DNA from: Acinetobacter wanghuae
GTDB taxonomy: Bacteria; Pseudomonadota; Gammaproteobacteria; Pseudomonadales; Moraxellaceae
Direction: 5' to 3'
NCBI RefSeq assembly: GCF_009557235.1
Contig: NZ_CP045650.1
Coordinates: forward strand, 1,560,001 to 1,592,000
Length of the DNA: 32,000 nucleotides
Shown: positions 1-8,266 of the stretch, one piece after another
Numbering within the stretch: position 1 is the first letter of the stretch
Layout of the letters: the number at the start of each line of letters is the position of its first letter
Notes under the pieces: model-generated
What the model saw: only the letters and a program-made list of their open reading frames with translations
Told to the model about the DNA's origin: nothing
Databases searched by the model: none
Made by a program: the position numbers and the translations under genes

Positions 1-90
1 GGTGCTGCACTCGGTAATAAAATCTCTAAAGATAAAGCTGCAGATAAAGCAAAATCACGTCACTATAAGAAAAAACGTCGTTACCACTAA
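1..90 (+). CDS. 3' end of a CDS cut by the window edge. It has a Gly/Ala-rich segment followed by a Lys/Arg-rich tail, and is probably a paralogue of the next glycine-zipper gene.
   Basis: Frame 1 is open from base 1 to TAA at 88-90 (GAALGNKISKDKAADKAKSRHYKKKRRYH*). A hairpin plus T-tract follows at 125-147. The Gly-rich-then-basic-tail layout matches the 337-786 protein. Confidence 0.45.
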   Translation, partial: GAALGNKISKDKAADKAKSRHYKKKRRYH

Positions 91-124
91 GTTTGAAATA
101 TTCGACGCACTACATTTGACATTT

Positions 125-147
125 AAAGCACCTTCGGGTGCTTTTTC
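125..147 (+). terminator. Rho-independent terminator
   Basis: AGCACC-TTCG-GGTGCT stem-loop followed by TTTTT. Confidence 0.7.
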
Positions 148-336
148 AATTTAAATTAACACACTTAAATTCACATACGTAATGACGAAATCGATCGCCT
201 TTTTAATAGAAAAGGCATTATGAATAAAATAAGTAGAAAAAAACACAATTGAAAAACACAGCATCCATGATGGTTTTTGAATGATTGCTTACATTAATGA
301 CATGAACCAATAAATACTTCTTTGGGAGTTTTAAAA

Positions 337-786
337 ATGAAAATGAAATCTTTTTTATGTGCAGCAGCCTTAGCAACAACAGCCTTAACAGGCACAGCGT
401 ATGCAGGGAATAGCACTAATGTTGCCTTAACGTCTGCCTTAGGCGGTGTCGTTGGTGCAGCCATTGGTCAAAAGATGGGTGGCTCTACAGGTGCAATGAT
501 TGGTTCAGCAGTCGGTGGTGCGGGCGGTGCAGCAGCATCTGCCAATAAACGTGACCGTAATGCTGCCGCGATTGGCGCTGCATTAGGTGGCGTGGGTGGT
601 TATACCGTCGGTAAAAATGTTGCGGGTACCACAGGTGGTTATGCAGGTGCAGCATTGGGTTCAGCGGGTGGTTCAGTTTTAGGTAAAAACGTCGCTGAAG
701 ACCGTCGTTATAATGACCGCAATGAACGTTATGACCGTCGCTATAATCGTAACAATGGTTATTACAATTCACGTGGTCGTCGTTAA
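337..786 (+). CDS. Secreted glycine-zipper (2TM-type) domain protein with an Arg/Tyr/Asn-rich C-terminal tail
   Basis: GGGAG lies 8 nt upstream of the ATG at 337, so the ORF-track TTG at 322 was trimmed. The Sec-type signal peptide is MKMKSFLCAAALATTALTGTAYA. Repeated GxxxG/GGxxG blocks are present (GGVVGAAIGQKMGG, GSAVGGAGGAAA, GAALGGVGG). A terminator follows at 818-844. Confidence 0.75.
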   Translation: MKMKSFLCAAALATTALTGTAYAGNSTNVALTSALGGVVGAAIGQKMGGSTGAMIGSAVGGAGGAAASANKRDRNAAAIGAALGGVGGYTVGKNVAGTTGGYAGAALGSAGGSVLGKNVAEDRRYNDRNERYDRRYNRNNGYYNSRGRR

Positions 787-817
787 GTTATTATTTTTTA
801 AAACCCATTCTCCTTTT

Positions 818-844
818 AAGCATCTTCGGATGCTTATTTTTTTG
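818..844 (+). terminator. Rho-independent terminator
   Basis: AAGCATC-TTCG-GATGCTT stem-loop followed by ATTTTTTT. Confidence 0.75.
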
Positions 845-932
845 TGTGAGTTATTTATATATCGCATTTTATCGATATACAAAAAACGCTGAAAGTCGTA
901 TGCTCTATTCATTGTCTTAAAATGGATTGATC

Positions 933-1937
933 ATGCGCACTCTCGCTGAAACTCAATTTTCTATCTTAGAATTAGTGCCTGTTCGTGATGATAAAAGCAT
1001 TCATTTCGCTTTACAGCATGCTCTAGAACTCGCACAAACAGCAGAAAAACTTGGCTATAGCCGTATGTGGTTAGCAGAACACCATAATATGGATGGTATT
1101 GCGAGTTCAGCAACCGCTGTTCTTTTGGGTTATTTATTAGCAAACACTCAAACCATTAAAGTCGGTTCTGGCGGCATTATGCTCCCGAATCACGCACCTT
1201 TGGTCGTGGCAGAACAATTTGGTACGCTTGCAACCTTATATCCTGACCGTATTGAACTTGGTTTAGGTCGTGCACCCGGTACAGACCAACATACCATGCG
1301 TGCATTACGTCGCGGTCAGCGTGAAACTGAAGATCAATTCCCACGAGATGTGGTGGAAATTCTACAATACTTTAATGATCCAATGCCGCAACAACGCATT
1401 ATTGCAACTCCGGGGCAAAGTACACATGTGCCTGTGTGGTTACTTGGCTCAAGTCTATTCAGCGCGCAACTTGCCGCAAAACTTGGTTTACCCTACTCCT
1501 TTGCTTCTCATTTTGCACCGCGTATGCTCGGTCAAGCCATTCAATTGTATCGTGAGAACTTCGAACCTTCTGAATATTTAGATCGCCCTTATGTATCTAT
1601 GGGTGTGCCCACTTGCGTAGCAGACAGTGATGAAGAAGCTGCATTTTTAGCAACCAGTGCTTATCAACGTGTGCTTTCTCTTATTCGCGGTCATACTTTA
1701 AAATTAAAAGCACCCATTGACTCGATGGATGGTCTTTGGTCATCTGCAGAGAAAATGTCAGTCGATAATTTCTTTGCGATGGCACAAGTCGGCTCTAAGG
1801 AAACAGTGAAAGCCGGACTAGAAACACTCTTAGCGAAATATGATGTTGATGAGTTTATTTTCACTTGCGATATTTATGATACTGAAAAACGCTTAAATAA
1901 CTTTAACTTACTTATGCAAATTAAAAATTCCGTATAG
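933..1937 (+). CDS. LLM-class (luciferase-like) FMN-dependent oxidoreductase, YhbW-like
   Basis: The 334-aa product has an N-terminal block (FSILELVPV...[14 protein letters not shown]...[39 protein letters not shown]) typical of the luciferase-like monooxygenase family. The ATG at 933 is preferred over the TTG at 927. Confidence 0.85.
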   Translation: MRTLAETQFSILELVPVRDDKSIHFALQHALELAQTAEKLGYSRMWLAEHHNMDGIASSATAVLLGYLLANTQTIKVGSGGIMLPNHAPLVVAEQFGTLATLYPDRIELGLGRAPGTDQHTMRALRRGQRETEDQFPRDVVEILQYFNDPMPQQRIIATPGQSTHVPVWLLGSSLFSAQLAAKLGLPYSFASHFAPRMLGQAIQLYRENFEPSEYLDRPYVSMGVPTCVADSDEEAAFLATSAYQRVLSLIRGHTLKLKAPIDSMDGLWSSAEKMSVDNFFAMAQVGSKETVKAGLETLLAKYDVDEFIFTCDIYDTEKRLNNFNLLMQIKNSV

Positions 1938-1954
1938 ACAATGTCATGCCATTT

Positions 1955-1978
1955 AGCCCACATGATGTGGGCTTTTTC
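1955..1978 (+). terminator. Rho-independent terminator
   Basis: AGCCCACA-TGA-TGTGGGCT hairpin followed by TTTT. There is no T-tract in the opposite orientation. Confidence 0.75.
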
Positions 1979-2351
1979 CTTTTGTTATTGCTTTAAAATT
2001 TTGATGAACCGCAAGCCAAATATGCATCTTTAAAAATAGAAATAGAGATGTTAGCCGTATCGGTTCTTGTGCCCTTTCCCAAAATAAGAATTCAAAATGA
2101 GCTTTGATTTTTAGCTTTTTCCAAGTAATTGAAAGCCTATACAAATATTTAAATCATTCGATTTTTGTGATTTTAGAATCATCGAGAATGATACATATTC
2201 CACTTCAATGTTGGTTTTTTAATCGAGATAAAAATCAAATCAAAATGAACTCAGATTTCTTCGTTTTCAAACAAGGTTATTTTTATCATTTGTTCTTATT
2301 TATTGATCGTTTAAAGATATCAAAGCTGTCGTTTTGACACCCAAAACAAAG

Positions 2352-2384
2352 TGAAAAGAGCCAAGCTAAATTGGCTCTTTTTTG
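2352..2384 (-). terminator. Hairpin terminator downstream of ppsR, structurally bidirectional
   Basis: AAGAGCCAA-GCTAAA-TTGGCTCTT is flanked by an A-run on one side and a T-run on the other. It lies 7 nt beyond the ppsR stop. Confidence 0.7.
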
Positions 2385-2390
2385 AATATT

Positions 2391-3227
2391 TTAACTGATG
2401 CGACGCTTCAAACCGGTCATTTGCAGTACACGTGTTGAGATCTCTTCAATGGACATTTCAGAGACATTTAAGTGCTTAATGCCTTCGGAAATATAAATCC
2501 CTTCAATTGCACGAAGCTCCATTTCACATTGTCTAAAACTCGCATAACGGCTATTGGCTTTACGCTCAGAACGAATCGCAACAAGGCGATCGGCATCAAT
2601 CATGAGTCCAAACAACTTATTTTTATGTGGACGCAACACTGCAGGTAACCGGTTATCGTCCAAATCTTCTTCAGTCAGTGGATAGTTCGCCACACGAATA
2701 CCAAATTGTAATGACAAATAAATAGAGGTTGGCGTTTTACCAGAACGCGACACCCCGATCAAAATCAGATCGGCTTTATCATAATGACGAGTGCGCGCCC
2801 CATCGTCATTGTCTAAGGCAAAATGTACCGCATCAATACGGGCTTTATATGACTCTGTATCAGTCACCGCGTGGGTTTGACCGACTAAAGTTGTAGGTGT
2901 TGTACCTAACTCGTCAGCCAACTTACTAATAAGCCCTTCAAATACATCAAGATTTACTGCATTTGCCGTGTTAATAATGTCACGAACATAGGGATCGACC
3001 AATGTATCAAACACGAGGGGCTTTTCGCCGTCTTTTTGAGCTCTCGCATTGATCTCAGCTACGACATTAGTCGCAGCTTCTTCACTGGTAATATAGGGGA
3101 TAATATGAATGTCAAAATCAACATGCGGAAACTGCGCTAACAGTGAGTGGCCAAGGGTTTCAGCGGTAATGGCCGTCCCATCTGAAACAAAGAAAACACT
3201 ACGCTGAATCTGTTTACTTTCCGACAT
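2391..3227 (-). CDS. ppsR: Phosphoenolpyruvate synthase regulatory protein (bifunctional kinase/pyrophosphorylase, DUF299)
   Basis: The 278-aa product carries FFVSDGTAITAETLGH and the P-loop-like GVSRSGKTPTS. It appears to align along its length with E. coli YdiA/PpsR as I recall it. It is divergent from ppsA, as in E. coli. Confidence 0.93.
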   Translation of the reverse strand: MSESKQIQRSVFFVSDGTAITAETLGHSLLAQFPHVDFDIHIIPYITSEEAATNVVAEINARAQKDGEKPLVFDTLVDPYVRDIINTANAVNLDVFEGLISKLADELGTTPTTLVGQTHAVTDTESYKARIDAVHFALDNDDGARTRHYDKADLILIGVSRSGKTPTSIYLSLQFGIRVANYPLTEEDLDDNRLPAVLRPHKNKLFGLMIDADRLVAIRSERKANSRYASFRQCEMELRAIEGIYISEGIKHLNVSEMSIEEISTRVLQMTGLKRRIS

Positions 3228-3382
3228 TAAAATTCTCCTCCAACATTTGTCTTAGTGCTATATAATCTTTATAGTAAACCGATCTTACATGACTGTCGCT
3301 TAGTAAAATCAAAAAGCTAAGTAGATTTGCTATACTCTCATGCCAAGATAGTGATTAATACTGCAAAAGTGGAGTAACAACT

Positions 3383-5755
3383 TTGGAATCGCGCGTAATT
3401 GGTCTGGAAAAATTAGGGAAGCACGACGTAGAGCTCGTGGGTGGGAAAAACTCATCACTGGGCGAAATGATCAGCCATTTATCAAATGCTGGTGTGTCAG
3501 TACCAGGTGGTTTCGCAACCACAGCTGAAGCGTATCGTGAATTTCTCGAGCAAAGCGGCCTAAACGCTAAAATCAACGCAGAGCTTGCAGCGCTTAATGT
3601 TGATGACGTGAATGCTTTGGCTGAAACAGGCGCAAAGATTCGTCAATGGATTGTGGACACTCCACTTACACCTGCATTAGAGCAAGAAGTTCGTGCAGCA
3701 TTTGCAGAACTGTCTAACGGCAACCCTGATATCGCGGTTGCCGTTCGTTCATCAGCAACAGCAGAAGATTTACCTGATGCTTCATTTGCTGGTCAACAAG
3801 AAACCTTCTTAAACATTCGTGGCATCGACAATGTCTTGATCGCGATTAAAGAAGTGTTTGCATCTTTATACAACGACCGCGCAATTTCTTACCGTGTACA
3901 CCAAAACTTTGCTCATGATGTGGTTGCCCTCTCTGCCGGCATCCAACGCATGGTTCGCTCAGAAACTGGTGCTGCGGGTGTGATGTTTACCCTTGATACA
4001 GAATCTGGTTTCCGTGATGCGGTATTTATTACTGCGTCTTATGGCTTGGGTGAAATGGTCGTTCAAGGTGCAGTGAACCCTGACGAATTCTATATTTCTA
4101 AACCACTGTTAAATGCAGGTAAACACGCGATTCTTCGTCGTAACTTGGGTTCTAAACACCAAAAAATGATTTATGGCGAAGAAGCATCTGCAGGTAAATC
4201 TGTGGTTGTGGTTGACGTTGAAAAAGCAGATCGTCAACAGTTCGCACTAAATGACCAAGAATTACAAGATCTTGCTCGCCAAGCCTTGATCATTGAAAAC
4301 CACTACGGTTCTCCAATGGACATCGAATGGGCGAAAGACGGTGACGACGGTAAAATTTATATCGTTCAAGCACGTCCTGAAACTGTAAAAAGCCGTGAAA
4401 ATGTCGGCACCATGGAACGCTACCTACTTAAGCAAAAAGGTACTGTGGTTTGTGAAGGCCGTTCAATCGGTCAACGTATCGGTTCTGGTCGCGTACGTAT
4501 CGTTTCTTCAATTAAAGAAATGGATAAAGTACAAGACGGTGACGTTCTAGTATCTGACATGACCGATCCAGATTGGGAACCAGTGATGAAACGTGCTGCT
4601 GCGATTGTCACCAACCGTGGTGGTCGTACTTGTCACGCAGCCATCATTGCACGTGAACTAGGTGTTCCAGCGATTGTGGGTTGTGGTAATGCCACTGAAG
4701 TACTTGTTGATGGTCAAGAAGTGACTGTGTCTTGTGCTGAAGGTGACACTGGCTTCATTTATGAAGGCGCGCTTGATTTCGAAATTCAAACCAATTCAAT
4801 CGAATCAATGCCAAAACTACCGTTCAAAATTATGATGAACGTGGGTAACCCTGACCGTGCATTTGACTTCGCGCAAATTCCAAACGAAGGCATTGGCTTA
4901 GCACGTTTAGAGTTCATCATCAACCGTATGATCGGTGTGCATCCTAAAGCATTATTGAACATTGAAAGCTTGCCACGTGAAACACGTGCAGCAGTGATGG
5001 CACGTACTGCAGGTTACGCATCTCCAATCGAATTCTATGTTGAGAAATTGGTTGAAGGTATTTCAACTTTGGCAGCTGCATTCGCTGACAAACCTGTGAT
5101 TGTGCGTATGTCTGACTTTAAGTCAAACGAATATGCAAACTTGATCGGTGGTAAGTTATACGAGCCTGAAGAAGAAAACCCAATGTTGGGCTTCCGCGGT
5201 GCGAGTCGTTATGTGTCTGATAACTTCCGTGATTGTTTCGAACTTGAATGCCGTGCCTTGAAAAAAGCACGTGATGAAATGGGTCTAACCAATATCCAAA
5301 TCATGATTCCATTCGTACGTACGGTTGCTGAAGCGAAACGCGTGATTGAGCTTCTTGCACTGAATGGTCTTAAACGTGGTGAGAACGGTCTTAAAGTCAT
5401 CATGATGTGCGAATTACCAACCAATGCATTATTGGCGGATCAATTCCTTGAACACTTCGATGGCTTCTCTATCGGCTCTAACGACTTGACTCAGTTAACG
5501 CTTGGTCTAGACCGTGACTCTGGTATTGTTTCTCACTTGTTCGACGAGCGTGATGCAGCTGTGAAAGTGCTTCTTTCAATGGCAATTCAAGCATGTCGTA
5601 AAGCGGGCAAATATGTAGGTATCTGTGGTCAAGGTCCTTCGGATCACCCCGATCTTGCGCGCTGGTTGATGGAACAAGGTATTGAATCTGTGTCTTTAAA
5701 CCCAGACTCAGTGCTAGAAACTTGGTTCTTCCTTTCTGAAGAGCAAGCTAACTAA
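3383..5755 (+). CDS. ppsA: Phosphoenolpyruvate synthase (pyruvate, water dikinase)
   Basis: 790-aa product with a TTG start 7 nt after GGAG. It has the [12 protein letters not shown]-terminal motif, the phosphohistidine swivel motif [15 protein letters not shown] and the C-terminal PEP-utilising block [12 protein letters not shown]. Confidence 0.97.
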   Translation: MESRVIGLEKLGKHDVELVGGKNSSLGEMISHLSNAGVSVPGGFATTAEAYREFLEQSGLNAKINAELAALNVDDVNALAETGAKIRQWIVDTPLTPALEQEVRAAFAELSNGNPDIAVAVRSSATAEDLPDASFAGQQETFLNIRGIDNVLIAIKEVFASLYNDRAISYRVHQNFAHDVVALSAGIQRMVRSETGAAGVMFTLDTESGFRDAVFITASYGLGEMVVQGAVNPDEFYISKPLLNAGKHAILRRNLGSKHQKMIYGEEASAGKSVVVVDVEKADRQQFALNDQELQDLARQALIIENHYGSPMDIEWAKDGDDGKIYIVQARPETVKSRENVGTMERYLLKQKGTVVCEGRSIGQRIGSGRVRIVSSIKEMDKVQDGDVLVSDMTDPDWEPVMKRAAAIVTNRGGRTCHAAIIARELGVPAIVGCGNATEVLVDGQEVTVSCAEGDTGFIYEGALDFEIQTNSIESMPKLPFKIMMNVGNPDRAFDFAQIPNEGIGLARLEFIINRMIGVHPKALLNIESLPRETRAAVMARTAGYASPIEFYVEKLVEGISTLAAAFADKPVIVRMSDFKSNEYANLIGGKLYEPEEENPMLGFRGASRYVSDNFRDCFELECRALKKARDEMGLTNIQIMIPFVRTVAEAKRVIELLALNGLKRGENGLKVIMMCELPTNALLADQFLEHFDGFSIGSNDLTQLTLGLDRDSGIVSHLFDERDAAVKVLLSMAIQACRKAGKYVGICGQGPSDHPDLARWLMEQGIESVSLNPDSVLETWFFLSEEQAN

Positions 5756-5771
5756 GTTTCATTCGTGATTT

Positions 5772-5805
5772 AAAAAAGGGTTCTCATATGAGAACCCTTT
5801 TTTGT
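5772..5805 (+). terminator. Rho-independent terminator
   Basis: AAAAAGGGTTCTC-ATAT-GAGAACCCTTTTTT. Confidence 0.85.
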
Positions 5806-6110
5806 TTCTATATTGAACGATCATATCCATGCAACTAAGCGCAATTCATTACATATAAAAACCAAATGACAATGTCATTACATCTTATGTAAACACTAAT
5901 AATTTGACCAAGTTTAAACACGCCACTACACGTGTTTATTCTATGTTTATGTATAAAGATAAGGCTATTTTCATCAACTGACCTTGAAATTTTCAGATTT
6001 ATCCTCATGTTTGAACATACGATTTTTGTTTGTTTTCATGTGCTTTTTACATAAAATCAAAGTATCAGTATTATCATTATCTTTCATTATTACTTGAGAT
6101 TTTAGCTATT

Positions 6111-6896
6111 ATGCAGATTTACTTGGCCCGAAATAATCAACAAGCTGGTCCATATTCCGTGGAGCAAATTAATCAAATGCTTGCCAGCCAGCAAGTTTTA
6201 TTGACCGATTTGGCTTGGCATCAAGGCATGGCCGAGTGGAAAGCTTTGGGTGAATTAACTCAAGGTAAATCTGTATACGAGCCAGCTGGATATGTAGCAG
6301 CGCCCCCAGTGACACCTACACAAAACACGACTTCTGCTGCGCAAACTCAAGCACCTAAACAGAAATTAGCAGAAAAAGACGTCAAGCTTGCCAGTATTCC
6401 AAGCCGCATATTGGCCAAAATTGTTGATTTATTACTCTGGTTGCCAGCGACATTTATACTCACAGCCTTCTTTAGCCCTGAAGAGGAAGTCAAATTTAGT
6501 CAGTTAAATGAACAATTCATGAATGTACTCATGAGTTCAAATGCAGATGCTGCTCTTGCCCAACAACTTCAGTCTCAAATGTTTGAAATTTTCCCGCAAC
6601 AAGCATTAATTGCAACGGGTTTATACCTGCTCGTTATGCTCGCGCTACAGGCATTTTTGATCGCTAAATCAGGTCAAAGTATTGGCAAGAAAATGACAAA
6701 AATTAAAATTGTGGATGCAGAAAGCCATGAAAAAGTCAGTTTGCTTCGTGCATTTACTATACGCAGCGTATTTTTCATTTTCCTAAATATTTTATCGATG
6801 CCACTGAGCACAATCATTGATTGGGTGTTTGGTTTTGGCAAAAAACGCCAAACATTGCACGATAAACTAGCAAAAACCAAAGTAATTAAACAGTAA
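6111..6896 (+). CDS. GYF_2 (DUF4339)-RDD family membrane protein
   Basis: The start was trimmed to the ATG at 6111. The N-terminus (YLARNNQQAGPYSVEQINQMLASQQVLLTDLAWHQGMAEWKALGEL) fits the GYF-2 domain pattern. The C-terminal half has hydrophobic helices and the RDD-family layout (SRILAKIVDLLLW ... KSGQSIGKKMTKIKIV). Confidence 0.75.
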   Translation: MQIYLARNNQQAGPYSVEQINQMLASQQVLLTDLAWHQGMAEWKALGELTQGKSVYEPAGYVAAPPVTPTQNTTSAAQTQAPKQKLAEKDVKLASIPSRILAKIVDLLLWLPATFILTAFFSPEEEVKFSQLNEQFMNVLMSSNADAALAQQLQSQMFEIFPQQALIATGLYLLVMLALQAFLIAKSGQSIGKKMTKIKIVDAESHEKVSLLRAFTIRSVFFIFLNILSMPLSTIIDWVFGFGKKRQTLHDKLAKTKVIKQ

Positions 6897-6909
6897 TTTT
6901 AGCCCATAT

Positions 6910-6935
6910 ATCAGGGATAATTCGCTATCCCTGAT
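6910..6935 (+). terminator. 10-bp stem-loop after the RDD gene, a possible terminator that lacks a T-tract
   Basis: ATCAGGGATA-ATTCGC-TATCCCTGAT perfect hairpin, followed by GCCGCAAAAGG. Confidence 0.4.
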
Positions 6936-7195
6936 GCCGCAAAAGGTATTGATTATAAACCAAAAACACTACGACTAAAGTCTAATCTCAACAACCAAAA
7001 TCGGTTTCTATAACAGGGATTTAAAGCAAGCTTACAGGTAGCTTACTTTTGCGATATCAGGCATAATGCCCTACAACGTAGCGGTGTATTATGATTGAAC
7101 ACTATTTTTTGCTGAAAAATAGAGCTCAATCTTCTGACACTTTGATGCTATCCCATAAAATATTAGGGAATGGGACTCTTCACCGAGGTTGTAAA

Positions 7196-8263
7196 ATGAG
7201 ACAAACAATTTTAGCTGTATTGTCTTTATCTACGATGACTGCACTCTTAACTGGGTGTGGTGGTGATATGGTACTTCTGAACTCTAAAGGTCCAGTCGCT
7301 CAAGGTCAATCTGACCTGATGATGACTGCGATTTACTTAATGCTGTTGGTGGTGATTCCATCAATTATCATGGCATTATGGTTCGGTTGGAAATATCGCG
7401 CATCGAATAAAGGCGCAGACTATAAACCAACATGGACACACTCAACTGCAATTGAAATTGTAGTCTGGGGTATTCCTGTCATTATTATCGGTATTTTAGC
7501 TTGGTTAACTTGGTGGGGTTCCCACAAGTACGACCCATACCGTCCGCTTGAGGCTGATAAAGCACCATTAACTGTTCAAGTTATTGCTGAACAATTTAAA
7601 TGGATCTTTGTTTACCCTGAACAAGAAATTGCAACAATCAACGAAATTCGTTTCCCTCTGGACACTCCAGTCGCGCTTCGTATTACATCTAACTTCACAA
7701 TGAACTCATTCTTCATTCCTTCGTTAGGTGGTCAGATTTACGCAATGGCGGGTATGCAAACTCACTTGAACTTGTTAGCAACTGAAGCGAGCCCAGCCGA
7801 AGGCTACCGCGGTTTCTCTTCTAACTATTCAGGTTATGGCTTCTCACAAATGCGCTTCCGTGCACATGCTGTGACTGATGACCAATTTGCACAATGGGTT
7901 TCTGCTGTTAAAGCAGGTAACGGTACTTCAGTTAACCCTAATGCAGTACAAAAAACTGTGCTAGACCAAGCTGAATTTGCAACATTACGCGACGGTAACC
8001 GTGGTAAACACCAAATCGAAGCATTGATTGCAAAAGCTAACACTCCCGAAGAGAAGGCTGCTGCTGAAGCAATGAAGCCTTACCCAACTAAGCCACATCC
8101 AGTGACTTATTACTCTTCTGTAGAGCAAGGTTTGTTTGAATCTGTGATTAACAACTACATGAGCAATTACCACGGTGCTGATCACTCAGCTGCTGCTGGT
8201 CACGAAGCGACTTCAGAAGCTCATGCAGACGTTGAACATGCGACTGCTTCTCAAGGGGAATAA
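7196..8263 (+). CDS. cyoA: Cytochrome bo3 ubiquinol oxidase subunit II
   Basis: GAGG lies 8 nt before the ATG at 7196. The lipoprotein signal is MRQTILAVLSLSTMTALLTGC. Two TM helices are followed by a cupredoxin-like domain (QFKWIFVYPE ... NSFFIPSLGGQIYAMAGM). It is the first gene of a cyoABCDE-ordered cluster. Confidence 0.93.
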   Translation: MRQTILAVLSLSTMTALLTGCGGDMVLLNSKGPVAQGQSDLMMTAIYLMLLVVIPSIIMALWFGWKYRASNKGADYKPTWTHSTAIEIVVWGIPVIIIGILAWLTWWGSHKYDPYRPLEADKAPLTVQVIAEQFKWIFVYPEQEIATINEIRFPLDTPVALRITSNFTMNSFFIPSLGGQIYAMAGMQTHLNLLATEASPAEGYRGFSSNYSGYGFSQMRFRAHAVTDDQFAQWVSAVKAGNGTSVNPNAVQKTVLDQAEFATLRDGNRGKHQIEALIAKANTPEEKAAAEAMKPYPTKPHPVTYYSSVEQGLFESVINNYMSNYHGADHSAAAGHEATSEAHADVEHATASQGE

Positions 8264-8266
8264 GAC

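Noticed and set aside
485-772. Antisense or out-of-frame ORFs of 60-107 aa inside well-supported genes. Examples are 485-772(-), 961-1143(-), 1270-1581(+), 5209-5424(-), 7834-8185(-), 13234-13518(-), 14154-14710(-), 17071-17311, 19240-19476(+), 23376-23675, 30116-30376(+) and 31195-31434(+).
   Set aside because: They lie entirely within genes that have strong family signatures, lack SD sequences, and have skewed, low-complexity translations typical of shadow ORFs.
2104-2337. A 77-aa plus-strand ORF in the AT-rich convergent spacer.
   Set aside because: It has a TTG start, no convincing SD, and an F/I/L/K/N-dominated composition expected by chance in roughly 28% GC DNA. It is kept only as a note inside the spacer finding.
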